Shown here in pieces: positions 36,084 to 42,875 of a stretch of DNA of 42,875 nt; within the stretch, counting starts at the first letter, position 1; each line of letters begins with the position of its first letter. Made by a program: the position numbers and the translations under genes. Below the pieces are notes generated by a model. That model searched no databases and was not told where the DNA came from. It worked only from the letters and a program-made list of their open reading frames with translations. This stretch comes from an uncultured Ruminococcus sp. (GTDB lineage: Bacteria > Bacillota > Clostridia > Oscillospirales > CAG-272), in contig CADBSB010000055.1 in NCBI GenBank assembly GCA_902797235.1, positions 1 to 42,875 on the forward strand, read 5' to 3'.

Positions 36084-38134
36084 ACGGTTTACAGCAAAAG
36101 AAAAAATTCAATATAAGGCTCATACCGCTCTACGTTATATACGCCGCGGCGTGCACCTTCTTTTTCGTTAAGCTCGTCAATTTGCAGATAACGGGCACGG
36201 ACAGGTACGTAAAAACGATGTCGCTCACGCATGAGCGCGAGGTGGTCGTACAGTCGCTGCGCGGCGAGATATACGACAGGAACGGCGCTCCGCTCGTGAC
36301 GAACGAATATACGGAATCGTTACAGCTCGATTACGCGTCGGTGCCGAGGGATACGACCGAAAAAAACGAGGCGCTGACATCCGTCATATCCGTGCTTGCG
36401 AAAAACGGCGTGGAAATAGAGACGGTGATGCCGGTCAAAGGCACGTATCCGCACATCGAATACGATAACGAGGCGCTCAAATCCACGTCCGTGCAGAACG
36501 GTATGTACAGGTTTTTACTGTACCACAACATAAAAACGGGCGTCTCCTGCCTCGATCTGTACGAGGAGCTTTTAAAGGAATTCAAGCTTTTAGACGAAGA
36601 CGGCGAGCATATATACGACACGGCGACGGAGGACGCGCTGATAAGACTTTTATACAGCCTTGACGCTACGAATTTCGCGCCCGGCAACCCCTACCCGCTC
36701 ATGGCGGACGCCGATCTGAAGCTTACGACCGCCGTGCTTGAAAGCGGCTGCAAGGGTGTTTTCATCAAAAAGAATTACACAAGGGTTTACGGCTATCCCG
36801 GCGTCGGCTCGAACATAATCGGCAGGGTCGGAAAGATTCCCGAGAACAAAATGCAGGATTACCTTGCAAAGGGCTATTCCTACGACGCCGTGGTAGGGCT
36901 TGACGGCGCGGAGGCGGCGTTTGAGGACATACTGCGCGGCGAGGACGGTATAACCGTCTACGTCGAGGACGATTACGGCAACGTTATTGAAACGTACGTA
37001 AAAAAAGAAGCCGTGCCCGGCAAAAACGTGTATCTTACGATAGATATAGATTTGCAGGCGGCGGCGGAAAAGGAGCTTGAAGCGCAGATCAAGGCGATCA
37101 GAAGAAGCGCGCTCGATTCCGGCGTTGAAAACAGCGGCGAAAAAGCGGACAGCGGCGCCCTGACCGTCGTATCGGTCAGTACGGGGCAGGTCCTTGCGCT
37201 CGCGTCTTATCCGACGTACGATCTTACAACGTTCAGCAAGGATTACGCAGAGCTTTCAACAAACCCGGCGAAGCCTTTGTTCGACAGAGCCGTGTCGGGC
37301 ACGTACCAGCCCGGCTCGACGTTCAAGATAGCGACGGCGGTGGCGGCGCTGATGAGCCGTACCATAACGCCGGACAAAACGATAAACGACACGGGGCAGT
37401 ATAAATTCTATCCCGACTATCAGCCGTGGTGCTGGTTAAAATCCGGTCACGGCCCGGTCGATCTCGTTGAGGCGATCGGCGTTTCGTGTAACTATTATTT
37501 CTACGAAACGGGAAGACTGACCGGCATAGACGCGCTGAACAAGTACAGTAAACAGCTCGGTTTAGGCGAATATACGGGCATAGAGCTGCCGGAGAGCAAG
37601 GGCGTGCTCGCGGGCCCCGAATACAGGGAATCCGTAGGCAAACGCTGGTATTCCGGCGACACGCTCGCCGCGGCGATAGGCCAGTCCGACAACAGTTTTA
37701 CACCGCTTCAGCTCTCGTCCTACATAGCCACGGCGATAAACGGCGGAACACGCTATAAATCAACGATACTTTTAAAAACGTGCAACTATTCCGGCGGCGA
37801 GGAGGAAAACAACGCGCCGCAGGTGCTCGGCACGGTCGATATAGACGAGGAGTGCTTGCAGACGATAAAAAGCGGCATGAAGCGCTCAAAGGAGATAACG
37901 TCGACAACAAAGGGATATAAGTTCAGCGTGGGAACGAAGACCGGTACCGCGCAGACGAGCCAGACGAACAACAACGCCGTTTTCGTCGCGTTCGCGCCGT
38001 ACGACAATCCGGAAATAGCGCTTTCGTGCGTAATAGAAAACGGCGCCTCCGGCATAAACGGTGCCGCGCCCGTGCTCGGGACTATATCGTACTATTATCA
38101 TCTCGATAAAAACGGGAATCCGCTGAAGGATTAA
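36080..38134 (+). CDS. mrdA: Penicillin-binding protein 2 (elongation-specific class B transpeptidase)
   Basis: N-terminal TM segment, then the motifs STFK, SCN and KTGTA in order. Confidence 0.92.
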   Translation: MNGLQQKKKFNIRLIPLYVIYAAACTFFFVKLVNLQITGTDRYVKTMSLTHEREVVVQSLRGEIYDRNGAPLVTNEYTESLQLDYASVPRDTTEKNEALTSVISVLAKNGVEIETVMPVKGTYPHIEYDNEALKSTSVQNGMYRFLLYHNIKTGVSCLDLYEELLKEFKLLDEDGEHIYDTATEDALIRLLYSLDATNFAPGNPYPLMADADLKLTTAVLESGCKGVFIKKNYTRVYGYPGVGSNIIGRVGKIPENKMQDYLAKGYSYDAVVGLDGAEAAFEDILRGEDGITVYVEDDYGNVIETYVKKEAVPGKNVYLTIDIDLQAAAEKELEAQIKAIRRSALDSGVENSGEKADSGALTVVSVSTGQVLALASYPTYDLTTFSKDYAELSTNPAKPLFDRAVSGTYQPGSTFKIATAVAALMSRTITPDKTINDTGQYKFYPDYQPWCWLKSGHGPVDLVEAIGVSCNYYFYETGRLTGIDALNKYSKQLGLGEYTGIELPESKGVLAGPEYRESVGKRWYSGDTLAAAIGQSDNSFTPLQLSSYIATAINGGTRYKSTILLKTCNYSGGEEENNAPQVLGTVDIDEECLQTIKSGMKRSKEITSTTKGYKFSVGTKTGTAQTSQTNNNAVFVAFAPYDNPEIALSCVIENGASGINGAAPVLGTISYYYHLDKNGNPLKD

Positions 38135-38164
38135 AGAATAAATAAGAAAGAATTTGAGGACGAT

Positions 38165-38587
38165 ATGAACGGAGATATAATTGAGATCCGCGAAAACGAG
38201 CTTTATAAATGCCGCTCGTTTTGGGATATGTCAGAAGATCTCACCTCCGACCGCCTATACGGTCTTGTAAAAAACAATATACGCCGCGCGTTCGTTTTCA
38301 AAACCGAGGACGGATATATCGGCGGGTGCGCGTTGTTCGTCCGCGAAGACGGAAACGGTCATCTCTCCCATTTTAACGTCGCTCCGGAGTATCGCTGTCA
38401 GAGAATCGGAAGCCGCCTGATCGACTTCGCCGAGCAGTATTTTATATCACAGGGGGTAGGCATTTTCGGTCTGAACGTCATGAAGGACAACACCGACGCG
38501 ATACGTCTGTACGAGCGGAAAGGGTTTACATACGCCCTTGACGTGACTGCAGAGAAGATATATATGACAAAGAAGCTAAAGATTTAA
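38165..38587 (+). CDS. GNAT family N-acetyltransferase
   Basis: 140 aa. V.PEYRCQRIGSRLI acetyl-CoA binding pattern and ...A..LYERKGF. Confidence 0.8.
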   Translation: MNGDIIEIRENELYKCRSFWDMSEDLTSDRLYGLVKNNIRRAFVFKTEDGYIGGCALFVREDGNGHLSHFNVAPEYRCQRIGSRLIDFAEQYFISQGVGIFGLNVMKDNTDAIRLYERKGFTYALDVTAEKIYMTKKLKI

Positions 38588-38700
38588 ACCGAAAGCCCCG
38601 CGGCAAAAAGCCCCGAAAGTTCGGGGGGAGGCGGGGTTTGGGGCGGAAAAGGGGGGGGAGCGGGAGCCCCAAAAGAGCCACAAATTGCGGCTCACAATTC

Positions 38701-38889
38701 GTCGCGAAGCGACACCTTAACTCGCCGCAGGCGAATATAACTTGCGTAAGCAAATATAACTCGGCGCGAGGGGTTCCCCGCGTGACATGGTCGCGCGGGG
38801 GTTCACGAACGCGAGGGGTTCCCCGCGTGACACGGTCGCGCGGGGGTTCACGAAGCCGAATATAACTTGCCGCAGGCAAATATAACTAA
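38701..38889. repeat. Intergenic mosaic repeat, locus E: AATATAAC units flanking a 45-nt tandem duplication of the GC-rich hairpin module
   Basis: GCGAGGGGTTCCCCGCGTGACA(T/C)GGTCGCGCGGGGGTTCACGAA at 38766-38810 and 38811-38855. Two AATATAAC units lie on each side. Confidence 0.88.
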
Positions 38890-38890
38890 C

Positions 38891-38920
38891 AAAAAATCCG
38901 CGATCGCTCGCGGATCTTTT
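38891..38920. terminator. Bidirectional intrinsic terminator (serves the minus-strand GT8 operon, and possibly the GNAT gene)
   Basis: AAAAAATCCGCGA-TCGC-TCGCGGATCTTTTTT, directly after the stop codon at 38921-38923. Confidence 0.85.
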
Positions 38921-40684
38921 TTATTGCTTTTCCGTCGTATACGTAAGCGGCAGGCCGTACTCCCGCTCGTATATCTCTTTCCATATACGGTAGTTTTCGT
39001 TCATCATATACGCCACGTTTTTCGCGTATGTGAGATTTTTGTCCGGTCTTATGGGTTTAGACACGTGTATCGTATATTCCTGCACGAAGAAGCCGTCCGT
39101 ATCCACTATGTCCGTATCCTTCATCGTGATAAAGCACGGCAGGACGGGGACGTTGTTCCTCGCGGCGAACATGAACGCGCCGTTTTTAAGCGGCTTCGGC
39201 TTCCTGTAATTCCACCACATACTCTGCTCGGGGTATACGAGTATAAAATGCCCCTCTTTTAAGAGCGTGTCGACCGCCTCCATGAATTTTTTGAGCGTCT
39301 TGTGGTTGGACGAAAGCGGCAGGGTGTTGCAGTTGCGCATTAAAAATCCGTAAAAGCCCGGGAACGAGGTGTAATTGCCCTCTCTTATCACCCTGTAAAA
39401 CTTGCGCTTCTTCTGATTTGACGCCTCGTACGCCATTTGTATCGCAAAGCTGTCGTAGGCGTTGAAGTGGTTGCAGGTGACTATCGCGCCGGTCTGCAGG
39501 GAGCTGAAATTCTCTATCCCCTTTATCTCCTTGACTATCAGCTTTTTATCCGCTATCAGCTCGTTTACGAAACGTCTTGCCGCGGTGAACGCGAGCTTTG
39601 TTTTCGCCGCAGAAACGGGGTCGCGGCGCAGATAATTTATATCGTCCGGTAAAAGCGGCTTTGTGGGCGGATCGTCCTCCACGTCCTCGCCGAATCTGCC
39701 TTCTCTTTCATACTGTTCGATCTTCTTTAATATCGCCACTCTGCCCTGATCGCGCTTTGCGTTCTCACGGTTTACGAAATTGTCCGCTCTTTCCGCCTCA
39801 TCGACGGCAAGCTTTACGAGCTTCTTCGCCGATTCTGCGTCCTTTTCCCTCTTCTCGTCCGTGTACGTGTCAAGTATCGCCTTTATCTTTTTGTGGACAG
39901 ACGTCTGTTTTACGTATTTCCAGAAAATATCGAATCCGCGGCAGTCCGTGTAGTGCCACGGCTTGTTCACCATTACATAATGGATCATTTTCGCCTCCGA
40001 TAACGGGTACGGTATGTTCCTGTATATCTCGGTGTTCCACCGCTGATCAAGCCAGAAGACGCGGTCCTTGCAGATGAGGTTGAGATAATCCTCGTCCTGC
40101 GTGACGACGAACGTGTAGGTGTTGAGATAATGTATGAATTTTTCAAGCACTAAATGAACTCTGAATTCGTCGCAGTTAATCAAAAGCAGTCCGGCGTTGA
40201 AATAACAGTTTCTGTTGACGCCGATGACGCGCTCCACGTACTCTCCGAACTCGGGCGTCTGCACCATTACCTGCTCGTGGCAGGCGCCGACGTAGCAGTC
40301 GCCTATATCGGTGTTGTAAAGCTCGCTTATATCGCCCTGGACTATCGTATCGCTGTCTATATATATCACCTTGTCATACTGCTGGTACATATCGGCGATG
40401 AACAGCCTGTAATACGTGGTTTTGGAATAATAGTCGCGCAGGGGGAATTTTTCTGCGATGGACACGAGATACTCGCCCACGTCGCGGAAGATTATCTCAA
40501 AATTCTCGTCCGCAAGCTCGTAGAGCCTGTTCATCATTCCTTCCGTTATGCCCATGTGCAGAACGTATATTTTATAGTTATAGTTCCTTGATGCGTTCTT
40601 CTTTATCGAATAAAGCGATACTATCGTGAATTTAACGAATTTGTCGTCGCAGGCGAAGAAGATCGGGATCTCTTTTCTGTTCAT
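38921..40684 (-). CDS. Fusion protein: N-terminal family-8 glycosyltransferase plus C-terminal PlsC/LPLAT-type acyltransferase
   Basis: GT8 part: FFACDDKF and the DxD context IYIDSDTIVQGD. Acyltransferase part: HX4D in CNHFNAYD and the second block VYPEQSMWW. Confidence 0.8.
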   Translation of the reverse strand: MNRKEIPIFFACDDKFVKFTIVSLYSIKKNASRNYNYKIYVLHMGITEGMMNRLYELADENFEIIFRDVGEYLVSIAEKFPLRDYYSKTTYYRLFIADMYQQYDKVIYIDSDTIVQGDISELYNTDIGDCYVGACHEQVMVQTPEFGEYVERVIGVNRNCYFNAGLLLINCDEFRVHLVLEKFIHYLNTYTFVVTQDEDYLNLICKDRVFWLDQRWNTEIYRNIPYPLSEAKMIHYVMVNKPWHYTDCRGFDIFWKYVKQTSVHKKIKAILDTYTDEKREKDAESAKKLVKLAVDEAERADNFVNRENAKRDQGRVAILKKIEQYEREGRFGEDVEDDPPTKPLLPDDINYLRRDPVSAAKTKLAFTAARRFVNELIADKKLIVKEIKGIENFSSLQTGAIVTCNHFNAYDSFAIQMAYEASNQKKRKFYRVIREGNYTSFPGFYGFLMRNCNTLPLSSNHKTLKKFMEAVDTLLKEGHFILVYPEQSMWWNYRKPKPLKNGAFMFAARNNVPVLPCFITMKDTDIVDTDGFFVQEYTIHVSKPIRPDKNLTYAKNVAYMMNENYRIWKEIYEREYGLPLTYTTEKQ

Positions 40685-41520
40685 TTATCACTTTCCTCTT
40701 TTTCGTATTTCTTTTTCAGATATATGTACTCAAACAGCACGTCGTCAAACGCAAAATATCTGAATACCCGGTGCACGCGCGTCACGTCCCATTGTTTTAT
40801 GTTGTCCGTATGCGGGTAAGGCAGCCAGAACAGGCGCTTTGAAAAATGGCGGACGACCGTGTGCTTATGTAAAAATTTCTGATCGTTAAATCTCTGCGGC
40901 AGCATCTTCTTCTTCGTCGTGGAGCGGATTATCGCGCTCTGGTCCGCAAACACGAGCTTTTGCTTCCTTATCCAGTCACGCGCCTTCTGCAATAAACCCG
41001 TTTCCTTCATCTTTTTCAGATTGAAGAGCAGGACGCCCGCGTTTACGTAGTTCGGATTTATTAAATACTTGCCGTAATGGTCGCGCGCGGCGGCGTATTC
41101 GTAATCCGTCACGTCTATATCGTAGAGCAGGTGAATGTCGCGGTTGAACATTATATCGGCGTCAAGATAAAGGATCTTGTCCGGCATCCCGTCTATCATA
41201 TCGGCGAAAAGCCTTATCAGCGTGTACGGGGAGCAGTAGGCGCTCTCGTTCGGGCAGCCGGCGAACTCCTTTTTGTAAATATCCGTAACGTCGACCTTTA
41301 TTATTCTGTTTTCTTTATTATATCCTTTTATCACACCGTCAAAATACGCTATCATCTTGTCGTCTATCGGCGTATACGCGGGTTTTAAGTGCGACACGTC
41401 CATCGTGTAAACGTAGAACGTATACGGCTCCTTTGATCCGGACCGCTTCATTATCGACAGCGCGCAGGTGAGCATACCGTCGAAAACGTAGCCGTTTCCG
41501 CAGAAAAGTATATTAACCAT
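40681..41520 (-). CDS. Family-8 glycosyltransferase
   Basis: The DxD context LYLDADIMFNRD and NAGVLLFNL, typical of GT8. ATGA overlap with the downstream gene. Confidence 0.8.
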   Translation of the reverse strand: MVNILFCGNGYVFDGMLTCALSIMKRSGSKEPYTFYVYTMDVSHLKPAYTPIDDKMIAYFDGVIKGYNKENRIIKVDVTDIYKKEFAGCPNESAYCSPYTLIRLFADMIDGMPDKILYLDADIMFNRDIHLLYDIDVTDYEYAAARDHYGKYLINPNYVNAGVLLFNLKKMKETGLLQKARDWIRKQKLVFADQSAIIRSTTKKKMLPQRFNDQKFLHKHTVVRHFSKRLFWLPYPHTDNIKQWDVTRVHRVFRYFAFDDVLFEYIYLKKKYEKEESDK

Positions 41521-42280
41521 CTTTATTTTCCTTTTTTATATACCGGATATATTCGGTATCCGAATTTTCGGCTCTTTTGCACATCGTCTCGTACACTCTG
41601 TCGCGCAGATCCTTCGATCTCTGTTTCTGCGGCAGGCCTTCGTCCGGGTAAAACGGACCGTCTATATACGTTACTATGCGCGGAGCTTTAAACAGCTTCT
41701 GTTTTTTATAGGTGTTCGTAAAGCAGAACACGGGGGCGTCAGATTTGCAGGGATAGGCAAATGACGTGTCGGGAAAGTCGCGTATTTTCGTATAATACGG
41801 CCAGATATGCGCCTCCGGGTAGATGACGACCGCGGCGCCCTCACGTTCCCTTTGCGATACGGCTGACAAAAAGTTTTTGTAAGCCTTTAAATCGTCCGGC
41901 AGCGGGATCGCGCCGAGATACGGCATTACTCTGCCGAACACGGGCATTGACACGTTGTTCGGGTGGACGATGAAATAAACGCGCTTCGGGAAGCAGAAGA
42001 CGTTGGGTATGAGCGGATCGCCGCCCGCCTGCGTGTGGTTTCCGTAGATATAGACGCCCTTCTTTTCAAAGCCCTTCAGCTTTTGCCGCCCCACCGTCTT
42101 CTGCCGGTATTTCAGTTTTACGTACAAGTACGCGAGCGGCCGCGCGACGGCGTTATATAAAAGCGCGGATAAAAATCTGTTTCTTATATACTTATAGCCG
42201 CCGTCTATCTTCTTCGGCGTTATCACCGCACTCGAAAACTCGTCGTTATGCTCGTCCTCGTAATATATCGTTTTACGCAT
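41513..42280 (-). CDS. PlsC/LPLAT-family acyltransferase
   Basis: YGNHTQAGGDP (H-x-D block with one extra residue) and IYPEAHIWPYY, similar to the C-terminal half of the fusion protein. Confidence 0.7.
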   Translation of the reverse strand: MRKTIYYEDEHNDEFSSAVITPKKIDGGYKYIRNRFLSALLYNAVARPLAYLYVKLKYRQKTVGRQKLKGFEKKGVYIYGNHTQAGGDPLIPNVFCFPKRVYFIVHPNNVSMPVFGRVMPYLGAIPLPDDLKAYKNFLSAVSQREREGAAVVIYPEAHIWPYYTKIRDFPDTSFAYPCKSDAPVFCFTNTYKKQKLFKAPRIVTYIDGPFYPDEGLPQKQRSKDLRDRVYETMCKRAENSDTEYIRYIKKENKDG

Positions 42281-42334
42281 AAGACAAAAACTCCGTTTTT
42301 TTGTTAATAGTAAAAAACCGAATATCGTTACGCC

Positions 42335-42655
42335 TTATTTGTCCGATATGCGTAAAAGTTCTTTGAAAGCCTTCGGATATTTTTTTACGACGTTCAAAAG
42401 ACGGGCGAGCTTTTTTTCGTTCACCGTCTCAGCTTCACCGTCGGGCAGATCCGCGATCTCGGGCTCCGCCTCTATCGGTATCTCCGTATCGTCGTCAATG
42501 ACAGATAGGCGATATTTCGGCTTGTTGTTTTTGAATATAAAAACCTCGCCGAGCTTATCCGTAAGCCGCGCCGTTTTTGAAAAGTTCTGGTTTGCCTCGG
42601 ATATGGACACGATCTTGTCGGTCGTGATATTCACGGCTTTGTCCCTTCTTTTCAT
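42335..42655 (-). CDS. Phd/YefM-type antitoxin-like protein with an acidic linker and a basic helical tail. No cognate toxin gene is adjacent.
   Basis: N-terminus IVSISEANQNFSKTARLTDKLGEVFIFKNNKPKYRLSVID matches the Phd/YefM fold pattern. Confidence 0.65.
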   Translation of the reverse strand: MKRRDKAVNITTDKIVSISEANQNFSKTARLTDKLGEVFIFKNNKPKYRLSVIDDDTEIPIEAEPEIADLPDGEAETVNEKKLARLLNVVKKYPKAFKELLRISDK

Positions 42656-42684
42656 CGTTTTTTCCTTTCCGTAAAATTTATAAT

Positions 42685-42713
42685 ATTATACATCAATTTT
42701 AGGATGTTGTCAA
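42685..42713 (-). promoter_or_regulatory. Consensus sigma-A promoter for the Phd-like / acyltransferase / GT8 operon
   Basis: The minus strand reads TTGACA (42713-42708), a 17 nt spacer, then TATAAT (42690-42685). Confidence 0.7.
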
Positions 42714-42774
42714 CCTATTTTTTGAAAAAAAAACAAAAAAAGCCAATAGGGAGAGGCTATATAAAGAAGAAACA

Positions 42775-42830
42775 AACCCACTCTGACACCTTTCAATTAT
42801 AGAAAGTGTCATAGTGGGTTATTTTCTTTC
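42775..42830. terminator. Long, nearly perfect hairpin (about 19 bp) with flanking T-rich runs. Probably the terminator of a gene lying beyond the right window edge.
   Basis: AACCCACTCTGACACCTTTC-AATTATA-GAAAGTGTCATAGTGGGTT followed by ATTTTCTTT. A second hairpin AACCCTTCC-GATATA-GGAAAGGTT sits at about 42841-42864. Confidence 0.5.
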
Positions 42831-42875
42831 AGCTCGTCTTAACCCTTCCGATATAGGAAAGGTTTTTATTATTCA

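Noticed and set aside
38526-38879. ORFs of 117 aa (minus strand) and 75 aa (38638-38865, plus strand) with the repeated peptide REPPRD.VTRGTPR
   Set aside because: The peptide repeat is a by-product of the 45-nt tandem DNA duplication and hairpins of repeat locus E. An open frame on both strands is typical of palindromic GC-rich DNA.

Overview
This is a chromosomal, mostly housekeeping window from a moderately GC-rich Gram-positive-type genome. It looks Clostridia-like and spore-forming, based on cotJABC, a T-box leader, the rpmH-rnpA-yidD-yidC-jag cluster, sigma-A style promoters and intrinsic terminators.

Gene content in order:
- 2-oxoacid dehydrogenase genes (E2, E3 and a partial E1 alpha, minus strand).
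- A membrane-anchored clostripain-like (C11) peptidase, a signal-less DUF11 protein and a solitary mazF.
- A MoxR / DUF58 / transglutaminase operon translationally coupled to mini-RNase III.
- rpmH-rnpA-yidD-yidC-jag.
- A Trp-specifier T-box leader controlling a TrpXYZ-type ABC importer.
- An 8-gene aromatic amino acid operon (pheA-aroB-aroC-aroE/K fusion-aroQ-aroA-tyrA-aroF) behind a candidate Phe/Tyr leader-peptide attenuator.
- cotJABC, a yegP-like gene, a sanA-like gene, a U32 peptidase-family gene, dut and maf-mreBCD-PBP2, then a GNAT.
- A more AT-rich minus-strand operon: Phd-like protein, acyltransferase, GT8, and a GT8-acyltransferase fusion.

I see no CRISPR array, cas genes, prophage, transposase, rRNA or tRNA.

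The least explained signal is non-coding. Five intergenic loci carry a mosaic repeat family made of a constant 8-9 nt AT-rich linker alternating with micro-hairpins whose stems differ between units but stay complementary, plus GC-rich hairpin modules. One variant array abuts the stop codon of the antitoxin-less mazF. The other points worth a second look are the attenuator, the GT8/acyltransferase cluster and the two unpaired toxin-antitoxin halves. All calls come from reading the sequence and remembered family motifs; no searches were run.
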